Sequence record: SRR20825019_2740
Strand: one strand, 5' to 3'
DNA: 64,000 bases
Below, piece by piece: positions 55,678 to 64,000 of the stretch; positions within the stretch are counted from its first letter, which is position 1, and every line of letters begins with the position of its first letter. A program made the position numbers and the translations under genes. The notes under the pieces are model-generated. The model was not told where the DNA came from, searched no databases, and worked only from the letters and a program-made list of their open reading frames with translations.

Positions 55678-57618
55678 ATGAGCTACCAGGTACTTGCCCG
55701 TAAGTGGCGCCCCCGGACATTCGAAGATATGGTCGGCCAGGAGCATGTGCTCCAGGCACTGATCCACGCCCTGGACAACCAGCGGCTGCACCACGCCTAT
55801 CTGTTTACCGGTACCCGGGGCGTAGGCAAAACAACCATTGGCCGATTGCTGGCCCGATGCCTGAACTGCGAAACCGGCGTTACCGCCACGCCGTGTGGAA
55901 CCTGCTCCAGTTGCCAGGAAATCCAGGAAGGGCGGTTTGTTGATTTGATCGAAATCGACGCAGCCTCCCGTACTGGCGTGGATGATATGCGGGAACTCAC
56001 CGATAACGTCCAGTACTCGCCAACCCGTGGCCGCTTCAAGGTGTACCTCATTGACGAGGTACATATGTTGACCAACCAGTCCTTTAACGCTTTCCTCAAG
56101 ACCCTTGAAGAACCCCCGGAACACGTCAAATTCCTGCTGGCGACCACGGATCCCCAGAAGCTGCCAGTGACCGTGTTGTCCCGTTGCCTGCAGTTCAACC
56201 TCAAGCGGATGACGCCCGAACACATTGCCGGGCACCTGCGCCACGTGCTGACCCAGGAAGGCATTCCTTTCGAGGAACCGGCCCTGTGGCTATTGGCACG
56301 TGCCGCGGATGGCAGTATGCGGGACGCCCTGAGCCTGACAGACCAGGCCATTGCCTTCGGCAATCAGACGCTCAGCGGCAGTGATGTCAGCAACATGCTG
56401 GGCACGATTGATCAAAGCGATATCGAGAACCTGGTGAATGCGCTGGTGGAAGACGACGGGCCCGCGCTGCTGTCCGAGATCAATCGTATTTCCGATTTTG
56501 CGCCGGATTACAGCGTGATCCTGGCGGACCTGTTGTCGCTGTTCCATCGGGTGACGATGGAACAGGTGGTGCCGGGCAGTGTCGATAATGCCCTTGGGGA
56601 TGCCGCGCAGGTGGAATCCCTGGCGCGCCGGCTGAGCGCGGAAGACGCGCAACTCTTCTATCAGGCCGCGCTGATGGGCCGTAAGGACCTGGCGGTCACT
56701 CCCGATGCCCGCATGGGGTTTGAGATGACGTTGCTGCGAATGCTGGCCTTCCGGCCTGGCACTGACCGCCGTGAACCACCGGTGGTGGCCTCCGGGACGT
56801 CATCATCAGGGCAGGAGTCCCGGGAAGACCCTGAGCCTGGCCCGGCAGCGTCGGAGACAATAATAGCGGCTGTTGAGCCTGAACAAGCGCCTCAACAGCC
56901 AGATTCAGAACAGCGGGCAGAGCCAGAACAACGAACCGAACTGACGCCCCAGCCGGAGCCTCAACCGGAAGCCCAGGAGCCCGTACTGGAATCCCAACCC
57001 GCTCCCGCGCCAGAGGAGCCTGACGCTGCCTGGCTGGCGAGCCTGGATGAAGCGGCTGAATCTGCAGCGGCCGAAGCGGCCAGCACTGAGGATTATGAGC
57101 CCGAGCCCGTAGCGCCTGAGCCGGAATACGTCGAAGCGCCTCAGGCCGATGTGCCCCAGGTAGAATCAGCAGCGTCGACCGAATCGACTGAGCCGGCCGA
57201 ACCGATCGAAGAACCCGCGGATACTGGCGAATTTGTCTGGGAACGTGATTTTCGCAGCCTGGGCATTGTGGGCATGCCGGGTAACCTCGCCAGTAATGCG
57301 GCTATGGCCCGCAACGGCGATGAAATCGTGCTGACCATCGATGAAGGTCACGCGCGATTGTTGAACGCCCGCCATGAAGAAAAAATTATCGAGGCGTTGA
57401 GGAATCGGTTTGGCGCCACCATAACCCTGCGTGTGGAGCAGGGCGATGCTGAGGGCAAAACGCCGGCTGCCTGGGAAGAGCGCCAGCGGCAGGCGCGCCA
57501 GAAGGCAGCGGAAGACTCAATTCGCAATGATCCCGCAGTGCAGTCGATTGTTGAACGATTCGAGGCTCGGGTCGTCGAAAACAGTATCCGGCCGCCGAAT
57601 CAGGCAAAGTCCGGCTAA
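55678..57618 (+). CDS. dnaX: DNA polymerase III subunit gamma/tau
   Basis: MSYQVLARKWRP, GTRGVGKTT, IDEVHML, SRC; acidic linker and tau C-terminal domain. Confidence 0.97.
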   Translation: MSYQVLARKWRPRTFEDMVGQEHVLQALIHALDNQRLHHAYLFTGTRGVGKTTIGRLLARCLNCETGVTATPCGTCSSCQEIQEGRFVDLIEIDAASRTGVDDMRELTDNVQYSPTRGRFKVYLIDEVHMLTNQSFNAFLKTLEEPPEHVKFLLATTDPQKLPVTVLSRCLQFNLKRMTPEHIAGHLRHVLTQEGIPFEEPALWLLARAADGSMRDALSLTDQAIAFGNQTLSGSDVSNMLGTIDQSDIENLVNALVEDDGPALLSEINRISDFAPDYSVILADLLSLFHRVTMEQVVPGSVDNALGDAAQVESLARRLSAEDAQLFYQAALMGRKDLAVTPDARMGFEMTLLRMLAFRPGTDRREPPVVASGTSSSGQESREDPEPGPAASETIIAAVEPEQAPQQPDSEQRAEPEQRTELTPQPEPQPEAQEPVLESQPAPAPEEPDAAWLASLDEAAESAAAEAASTEDYEPEPVAPEPEYVEAPQADVPQVESAASTESTEPAEPIEEPADTGEFVWERDFRSLGIVGMPGNLASNAAMARNGDEIVLTIDEGHARLLNARHEEKIIEALRNRFGATITLRVEQGDAEGKTPAAWEERQRQARQKAAEDSIRNDPAVQSIVERFEARVVENSIRPPNQAKSG

Positions 57619-57680
57619 GGTCTGCGGTTGGAGCCACGTGGTGGCAACTCTCTAAGGCAATTCTGTAGAAGGTGAGCGTG

Positions 57681-58001
57681 ATGAACAATATGGGCGACCT
57701 GATGAAAAAGGCCCAGCAGATGCAGGAAGAAATGAAGAAGGCTCAGGAAGAGGCCGCCAAGGCCGAGATTACCGGCGAAGCCGGCGCGGGCCTGGTCAAG
57801 GTGACTATGAACGGTCGCCATGACGTGCGGAAAGTGGATATCGATCCGTCCCTGCTGAGCGAAGACAAGGAAATTCTGGAAGACCTGCTGGCGGCTGCTA
57901 TCAACGACGCCGTGCGCCGTGTTGAGGAAAACCAGAAAGACAAAATGTCCGGCATGATGTCCGGTATGGGTATGCCTCCGGGCTTCAAGATGCCGTTCTG
58001 A
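57681..58001 (+). CDS. ybaB: YbaB/EbfC nucleoid-associated protein
   Basis: [20 protein letters not shown]-x-AAA-x-NDA; located between dnaX and recR. Confidence 0.95.
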   Translation: MNNMGDLMKKAQQMQEEMKKAQEEAAKAEITGEAGAGLVKVTMNGRHDVRKVDIDPSLLSEDKEILEDLLAAAINDAVRRVEENQKDKMSGMMSGMGMPPGFKMPF

Positions 58002-58014
58002 TCGAGGATAGCTG

Positions 58015-58617
58015 ATGGCTTTTAGTCCGTTGGTAGACGAACTGGTGGAGTCTCTCCGCTGTCTGCCTGGCGTCGGTCAGAAAACGGCCCAGCGTATGGC
58101 CTTCCATCTGCTGGAGCGCGGCCGCTCTGGAGGCTCGCGGCTTTCTGACGCACTGGATCGTGCCATGACCGGTGTGCGCCGCTGTGAGAGCTGCCAGAAC
58201 TTCGCCGATACGCCTACCTGCAATATCTGCGAAAACCCCGAACGACGGAATGGTACGCTCTGCGTGGTGGAAAGCCCCTCCGACCTTCTTGCCATTGAGC
58301 AGGCGGGCGATTATCGCGGCAGCTACTTCGTGTTGATGGGGCATCTGTCGCCCATCGACGGCGTGGGCCCCGAGGAAATCGGTATTGAGCGGCTGCTGCA
58401 ACGCATCCACGGAGAAGGGGTGACGGAGCTGATCCTAGCGACCAATCCAACTGTGGAAGGTGAGGCGACTGCCCACTACATTGCCGACAGGCTGGATGGC
58501 CGCAATATCCTGATTACCCGTCTTGCCCATGGTATCCCGGTGGGGGGCGAACTGGGTTATGTTGACGGATTTACCCTGACCCATGCCTTCCGTGGCCGAA
58601 AACCTCTGACTGATTAA
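58015..58617 (+). CDS. recR: Recombination mediator RecR
   Basis: [12 protein letters not shown]4 zinc finger, [12 protein letters not shown] and GIPVGGEL. Confidence 0.97.
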   Translation: MAFSPLVDELVESLRCLPGVGQKTAQRMAFHLLERGRSGGSRLSDALDRAMTGVRRCESCQNFADTPTCNICENPERRNGTLCVVESPSDLLAIEQAGDYRGSYFVLMGHLSPIDGVGPEEIGIERLLQRIHGEGVTELILATNPTVEGEATAHYIADRLDGRNILITRLAHGIPVGGELGYVDGFTLTHAFRGRKPLTD

Positions 58618-58636
58618 ACCTGACCGGGATTATTAT

Positions 58637-59785
58637 ATGGATTCCAACACCCCGGCCGCTTCCGTTCCTGCGGCTCCCGATACGGTTACCTGGATTCCGG
58701 AGCCGGACGACCTGGACCGCTGGCTTGCCGAAGGGCAAGGCGAACCGCTTGCACTGGATACCGAGTTCGAACGGGTCAACACCTTCTTCCCGATTCCTGG
58801 TCTGGTCCAGTTGGGGATGGGGCAGCGGTTCTGCCTGGTAGACCCGTCGGTTGCAGAGGCGTCAGAGGGCTTTCGCAACGCGCTCACCGACCCGGACACC
58901 CCCAAATTGCTATACGCCATGAGTGAGGATCTGGAACTGTTCCGGCACTGGTTGCAGCTGGAACCGGAGGGCATTCTCGACCTGCAGATCGGCGCCGCGC
59001 TGGCCGGTGCCGGCTTTTCCGTCGGTTATGCCCGGCTGGTGGAAACTCTCTTCGGTGAATCACTGGATAAATCGGCGACGCGCTCGGATTGGGTTTCTCG
59101 CCCGCTTTCCGCGGCTCAGGAACGCTACGCTCTGGACGACGTTCGCTTCCTTGTTCCCTTGTATCACTGGGTGATTACTCGGTTGGAGAAACGGGGCCTT
59201 GAAGCGGCATTGGCTGACGAATCCACTCGATTTTCAAAGGAACTGGCAGCCCAGGATAATCCCGACAGCCATTACCTGAAACTGCGAGGCGGCTGGACAT
59301 TGAGCCGCCAACAGCAGGGGGTGCTGAAAACCCTGGTGTGTTGGCGGGAACATGAGTCACGCCTCCGGGATCGGCCCCGCAACCGTGTTGTGGCCGATGC
59401 GCTGCTGATTGCCATCGCCCAGAGACTGCCACAGTCAGTACGGGAGCTATCGAATATCCAGGGCTTGCCTCCGGCCGTGGTCAGGCGCTACGGGGATACG
59501 ATTATTAATATGGTTGCGGAGGCATCGACCGCGGATAATTCCGGCATCGACGTTATCGCCGCTCCCCTGAGCCGCCAGGACCAGATGTTCTATAAACAGC
59601 TCAAACGGCTGATGGTGAAGGCGGCGGAGGAACGGGATGTGCCGGTGGAACTGCTGGCGCCTCGCAAGCGCCTTGAGGCTGTTGTACAACAACGAAACCT
59701 GGCTGCCGGGCTGTTTGACGAGGGCTGGCGCCGTGACCTCCTGGCACCGGTGCAGGAACAGATTGAGGAATTACTGAAATCATGA
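58637..59785 (+). CDS. rnd: Ribonuclease D
   Basis: ALDTEF, SDW-x2-RPL, YALDD exonuclease motifs plus HRDC region. Confidence 0.92.
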   Translation: MDSNTPAASVPAAPDTVTWIPEPDDLDRWLAEGQGEPLALDTEFERVNTFFPIPGLVQLGMGQRFCLVDPSVAEASEGFRNALTDPDTPKLLYAMSEDLELFRHWLQLEPEGILDLQIGAALAGAGFSVGYARLVETLFGESLDKSATRSDWVSRPLSAAQERYALDDVRFLVPLYHWVITRLEKRGLEAALADESTRFSKELAAQDNPDSHYLKLRGGWTLSRQQQGVLKTLVCWREHESRLRDRPRNRVVADALLIAIAQRLPQSVRELSNIQGLPPAVVRRYGDTIINMVAEASTADNSGIDVIAAPLSRQDQMFYKQLKRLMVKAAEERDVPVELLAPRKRLEAVVQQRNLAAGLFDEGWRRDLLAPVQEQIEELLKS

Positions 59786-60075
59786 CCGAAAAGACCTTTG
59801 TGTCGGTGTTTCGCAGCAGTAAGAAGCCGGACACGTATATCTACGTTCGACGGGGCCAGGCCTGGGATGAACTGCCGGATAGCCTGCGGGGCATATTCGG
59901 CCAGCCAATACACGCCATGGACCTGATCATGACACCGGAACGGAAGCTTGCCCGAACGTCTGGCAAGCAGGTTCTGGAGGCTATTGCCGACAAGGATTTC
60001 TTCCTGCAGATGCCTGAGGAATCCAGCGGCTACGTTGTAGACTTTCGCCGTAAACCGGAGCCCGGCCGGGAATGA
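59782..60075 (+). CDS. ycgL: YcgL domain protein
   Basis: RSSKK-x2-TYIYV, LP-x2-L-x3-FG, LAR and FLQMP motifs. Confidence 0.85.
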   Translation: MTEKTFVSVFRSSKKPDTYIYVRRGQAWDELPDSLRGIFGQPIHAMDLIMTPERKLARTSGKQVLEAIADKDFFLQMPEESSGYVVDFRRKPEPGRE

Positions 60076-60518
60076 TTGCAGAGATTCCGTTCTGGCAACG
60101 CAAACGTCTCCATGAGATGACCGCCAAGGAATGGGAGTCCCTGTGTGACGGCTGCGGTAAATGTTGTCTGGCCAAGCTGGAAGACGAAGACACCGGCGAT
60201 GTCTACTACACTGAGCTGGTGTGCCGTTACATGGAGCAGGACACCTGTCAGTGCAGCGTGTACTCCGAGCGCTTGCAGAAAGTGCCTGCATGCACGGTGC
60301 TGACACCGGATACGCTGAGCGACTACCATTGGCTGCCGTATACCTGTGCCTACCGCACACTGGCGGAAGGGCGTGCGCTTGCAGACTGGCACCCGCTACG
60401 GTCGGGTGACCCCGATACGGTTCATGAAGCGGGTGTATCGGTGCGTAATCGCGTGATCTCGGAAGCCGATGTACCGGAAGACGATTGGGAAGAACACATA
60501 ATTCACTGGATCCTTTGA
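60072..60518 (+). CDS. ycgN: YcgN family cysteine-cluster protein
   Basis: WESLCDGCGKCC and WLP-x-TCAYR motifs. Confidence 0.9.
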   Translation: MIAEIPFWQRKRLHEMTAKEWESLCDGCGKCCLAKLEDEDTGDVYYTELVCRYMEQDTCQCSVYSERLQKVPACTVLTPDTLSDYHWLPYTCAYRTLAEGRALADWHPLRSGDPDTVHEAGVSVRNRVISEADVPEDDWEEHIIHWIL

Positions 60519-60862
60519 TGATAGACGCAGAAACAAACCTTGCTTACGGAATATTCTGGGCCCTGTACGCCGTCGCCTTCGTGGTGTTCTTCTACACCAT
60601 ATCCCGCCTGTTTCGGGTAATTCCGGTTTATGCCATCCGCACGCTGTTGCAGGCCGCGTTGATTGTCCTCCTGTTGACCCCGGTTGAGTCCGGTGAGGTA
60701 GCTGGCTGGTGGATGCCAGCCTGGTTGCACGGCGGCTACGAAACCATTCTGGGTGATGCCGCCAACGCGGGCCGGGCCTTTGTGAACATGGGCATAGCAT
60801 CCCTGGTTATGGTGTTGGTGTGGGTTCTTGACCTCGTCAGATACCGGCTGGTTAAACGCTGA
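60518..60862 (+). CDS. Small hypothetical membrane protein
   Basis: ATG overlaps the upstream TGA; three hydrophobic segments. Confidence 0.65.
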   Translation: MIDAETNLAYGIFWALYAVAFVVFFYTISRLFRVIPVYAIRTLLQAALIVLLLTPVESGEVAGWWMPAWLHGGYETILGDAANAGRAFVNMGIASLVMVLVWVLDLVRYRLVKR

Positions 60863-60900
60863 GACTTTCCTTGATCACCACCTCGCATGGAGCTGCCCTG

Positions 60901-62883
60901 ATGCGACTTCTAAGCCGCCTGTTTGCTGTCATCCTCATCCTGCCAATTACGGCGCTTGCACAGCAGGCGCCAACCCTGCAGTTACCCGACAGTGCCGATG
61001 TCCGAATTATTGTCGACATCTCCGGCTCCATGAAAACCAACGATCCGGACAACCTGCGCCGCCCGGCTGTGCGCCTGTTGGCGCGTATGCTGCCTGGGCA
61101 AGCCAATGCCGGAGTCTGGACCTTTGGTCAGTACGTCAACATGCTGGTGCCCCATGGCAAAGTCACTGATGACTGGCGGGGGCTGGCTGTCGAACGCTCA
61201 GATGAGATCAATTCGGTCGCCCTTCGGACCAATCTGGGGGAGGCGATTCAGGTTGCCAGTGATGATTACCTGTTGGGCTCGGAGAGCCTCGACAATACGG
61301 ACTTCATTCTACTCACCGATGGCAAAGTGGATATCTCCGATAACGAGAGCGCCAATGATCGCGAGCGTGAGCGGATTCTGGGGGCATTGCTGGACGATTT
61401 GAGCAGCCGTGGTGCCACCCTTCATACCGTCGCATTGTCCGAGGAGGCAGATCTTTCTCTTTTGAAGAGCCTTGCGGAACGCACCGGGGGCCGCTATGCC
61501 CTTGCGTCGTCCGCTGATGCACTGACTCTGGCTTTTCTTGAAGCGCTGAACACAGCTGTACCGCAGCAGCAGATTCCCATTGAGGATAATGGCTTTCAGG
61601 TGGATGGTGGCGTAGAGGAATTTACCGCGCTGATTTTTCGCGCTGGTGACGAGTCTGCCGCTAACCGAACGCTTGAATTGGTCAGTCCCGGCGGCACCAA
61701 GGCAGGGCCGGACTCAGCCACCGAGGGAATGCGTTGGGTGCGCGAAACGGAATACGACCTGATTACCGTCACTGATCCTGAGGCGGGCGACTGGACGATC
61801 AACGGCGAGTTGGGTGAGGGCAGTCGGGTCACTGTCGTCAGCGATCTGCGGATGGTGGTGAGCCCGGTCCCGCCAACATTCACGGAAAACGAACCAGTAT
61901 CCCTTCAGGTGGCCTTCTTTGAGGAAGACAGAAAAATTGAAAACCGGGACTTCCTGGGGGTTATCGATGTCAGTGTGTCATTAACCTCAGAGGACGGGCG
62001 CAGCGGTAACAAGGTGTTGTCTCCGGATGAGCCGCCGCAGGACGGCGTCTATACGGACACCATCACACGACTGCCTGATGCCGGTGAATACCAACTCAGC
62101 GTTGTTGCGGATGGTCAAACGTTCTCCCGACGCTTCAGTACCGTTACCCGATATATTCAGCCCGAGGGCGAACAAGCCCCAATTGAGGCAGTCGTTTCTG
62201 ACGAGCCCTCGCAGGAAGCGCCAGTGATGGAGGATGAGTTGCCAGAGGCCTCACCCGCTCCCGAAATTGAATCGCCTGTGTCCAGTTCCGGGCCGATCGA
62301 TATCAGCCAGGTTGAAGAGCCAGAACCGAAGCCGCTTGAGGAACAGCCTGTCGATAAGGAAGAGGCGGAACCGGAAACGCCGGCCACCGTTGAGGAGGCG
62401 GCGAGCGGCATTCCGTTCTGGGTATGGGCCGCTGCCGGCACCTTGGGTGTGGTGGCTGTCGCCGGGGTGGCATTCCTGTTCGTCAAGCGCAGAAAATCAG
62501 CGCAGGATCAGGGCAACAACGAGGAGCCGCCCCTGGTCGCAGAGGAAACGCCGGAGGAAGAGGCTACCGCCGCACCCGAACCTGAACAGGCGCCTGAAGA
62601 CGTACCCGAAGAGATACCTGAACCAGAACCGGTGCCGGAACCCGAACCCGAACCGGAAGAATTGCCGGAACCTGAAGAAGTGCCGGAACTCCAGCAAGAC
62701 GAAGCGTTGCCCGAGGACGATATCCCCGTTGCTGATGCGGAAGTGGAGGACGGTGAAGACGAATTCGGGCTGGAGGACTTTGATCTCTCCGAGTTCGACG
62801 ATTTGCCAGCCACTGATGAGGATAGTGAGCCCACCGACGACGAGTCTGAAAACGACGATAAGGATGGCGGAAAGGATCGGTAG
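60901..62883 (+). CDS. Exported VWA-domain membrane protein with acidic cytoplasmic tail
   Basis: Signal peptide, MIDAS DISGS and LLTDG, TM segment followed by KRRK, Glu/Asp/Pro-rich tail. Confidence 0.85.
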   Translation: MRLLSRLFAVILILPITALAQQAPTLQLPDSADVRIIVDISGSMKTNDPDNLRRPAVRLLARMLPGQANAGVWTFGQYVNMLVPHGKVTDDWRGLAVERSDEINSVALRTNLGEAIQVASDDYLLGSESLDNTDFILLTDGKVDISDNESANDRERERILGALLDDLSSRGATLHTVALSEEADLSLLKSLAERTGGRYALASSADALTLAFLEALNTAVPQQQIPIEDNGFQVDGGVEEFTALIFRAGDESAANRTLELVSPGGTKAGPDSATEGMRWVRETEYDLITVTDPEAGDWTINGELGEGSRVTVVSDLRMVVSPVPPTFTENEPVSLQVAFFEEDRKIENRDFLGVIDVSVSLTSEDGRSGNKVLSPDEPPQDGVYTDTITRLPDAGEYQLSVVADGQTFSRRFSTVTRYIQPEGEQAPIEAVVSDEPSQEAPVMEDELPEASPAPEIESPVSSSGPIDISQVEEPEPKPLEEQPVDKEEAEPETPATVEEAASGIPFWVWAAAGTLGVVAVAGVAFLFVKRRKSAQDQGNNEEPPLVAEETPEEEATAAPEPEQAPEDVPEEIPEPEPVPEPEPEPEELPEPEEVPELQQDEALPEDDIPVADAEVEDGEDEFGLEDFDLSEFDDLPATDEDSEPTDDESENDDKDGGKDR

Positions 62884-62991
62884 TTGGCGGTTAATCGAAC
62901 AGGGCTCTTATCAGAACGGCTTCGGTTCTCTATACTCTGAGTCTATTTTCAAACAGACGTTTAACCGTTAATTGAACAGGACACTATCAGC

Positions 62992-63834
62992 ATGAAGTTT
63001 ACCGGTACCGAGAAATATGTTGCCACTGATGACCTGCAGATGGCCGTCAACGCAGCCATAACGCTGCAACGCCCGCTACTGATCAAGGGCGAGCCCGGCA
63101 CTGGTAAAACCCTCCTGGCCGAAGAAATGGCTGCGTCCCTCGGCCTGCGCCTGATTCCCTGGCACATCAAATCCACCACTAAGGCCCAACAGGGACTGTA
63201 CGAATACGATGCGGTCTCCCGTCTGCGGGATTCCCAGCTCGGTGACGAGAAGGTCAAGGACATCAGCAACTACATCGTCAAGGGCAAGCTGTGGGAAGCC
63301 TTCGAATCCGAGGAACAGGTGGTGCTGCTGATCGATGAAATCGACAAGGCGGATATCGAGTTCCCGAATGATCTTCTGCTTGAACTCGATCGCATGGAAT
63401 TCTTCGTCTACGAGACACAGCAGTCTGTGCGTGCCAAGCATCGGCCTATCATTGTGATCACCAGTAACAACGAAAAGGAACTGCCGGACGCTTTCCTGCG
63501 CCGTTGTTTCTTCCACTACATCAGCTTCCCGGACCACGACACCATGAAGAGCATCGTGGACGTGCACTTCCCGGGTCTGCAGCAGCAGGTGGTTCGCGAT
63601 GCGCTGGAAGTTTTCTTCGACGTTCGCAAGGTGCCAGGGCTGAAGAAGAAGCCGTCCACTTCAGAACTGATCGATTGGCTTAAACTGCTGATGGCGGATG
63701 AGCTGTCTGCCAAAATGTTGCAGGAGAAGGACACCAGTTCCGCCTTGCCGCCGCTGTATGGCGCACTGGTGAAGAACGAGCAGGATGTCCACCTGTTGCA
63801 GAAGCTGGCCTTCATGGCCCGTCGTCGCAGCTGA
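62992..63834 (+). CDS. MoxR-family AAA+ ATPase
   Basis: GEPGTGKT, LLIDEIDKAD and ELPDAFLRRC motifs. Confidence 0.92.
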   Translation: MKFTGTEKYVATDDLQMAVNAAITLQRPLLIKGEPGTGKTLLAEEMAASLGLRLIPWHIKSTTKAQQGLYEYDAVSRLRDSQLGDEKVKDISNYIVKGKLWEAFESEEQVVLLIDEIDKADIEFPNDLLLELDRMEFFVYETQQSVRAKHRPIIVITSNNEKELPDAFLRRCFFHYISFPDHDTMKSIVDVHFPGLQQQVVRDALEVFFDVRKVPGLKKKPSTSELIDWLKLLMADELSAKMLQEKDTSSALPPLYGALVKNEQDVHLLQKLAFMARRRS

Positions 63835-63856
63835 AATTCAGCAAGAGCAGCACCCT

Positions 63857-64000
63857 ATGTTGATTGATTTCTTTCTCGAAGTCCGGCGGGCCAAGGTGCC
63901 CGCCAGTCTGCGCGAACTCCTCGACCTGCTTGAAGCTCTGCAGAACAGGCTCGCCTTTGCGAATATGGAAGAGTTTTACTACCTGGCTCGTGTCTGCCTG
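63857..64000 (+). CDS. Probable VWA/CoxE-like partner of the MoxR ATPase (runs off the window)
   Basis: Open frame MLIDFFLEVRRAKVPASLRELLDLLEAL...EEFYYLARVCL directly after the ATPase. Confidence 0.7.
   Translation, partial: MLIDFFLEVRRAKVPASLRELLDLLEALQNRLAFANMEEFYYLARVCL

Noticed and set aside
55678-57618. Programmed -1 frameshift in dnaX producing the gamma subunit
   Set aside because: No A-AAA-AAG or long A run seen in the linker after domain III; the only notable A6 run (near 57380) is inside the C-terminal domain
62570-62700. Repetitive GAACC/GAACCG DNA, also in the dnaX linker (56870-57200)
   Set aside because: Explained by Pro-Glu low-complexity protein linkers; no constant repeat-spacer structure, so not CRISPR or a VNTR
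1-64000. tRNA, rRNA, CRISPR array, integrase or prophage genes
   Set aside because: None recognised; the only mobile-element trace is the IS3 fragment

Overview
Chromosomal window from a GC-rich gammaproteobacterium; gene order and protein style suggest Marinobacter or a relative (inference). Bases 1-51.8 kb are a large exosortase A / PEP-CTERM-associated exopolysaccharide or glycosylation locus. It contains glycosyltransferases, a Wzx flippase, an O-antigen ligase/polymerase-like protein, two polysaccharide deacetylases, many acyl/aminoacyl tailoring enzymes, one PEP-CTERM protein and xrtA-prsT-prsR-prsK. Embedded in it is a thioesterase-less hybrid NRPS-PKS (A-T-KS-AT-ACP-aminotransferase, then C-A-T-C*), apparently co-transcribed with two atypical alpha/beta hydrolases, an exported CocE/NonD enzyme, a methyltransferase and a JmjC oxygenase. 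This is the best candidate for an undescribed system: an assembly line that may make a small Val/malonate/Gly-derived unit used to decorate a surface glycan rather than a free metabolite. Bases 51.9-64 kb are ordinary core genome (SRP RNA, dnaX, ybaB, recR, rnd, ycgL, ycgN, VWA/MoxR genes). An unannotated, degraded IS3-family transposase fragment lies at about 12.8-12.9 kb. All family calls are from motif recognition by eye; no database search was run.
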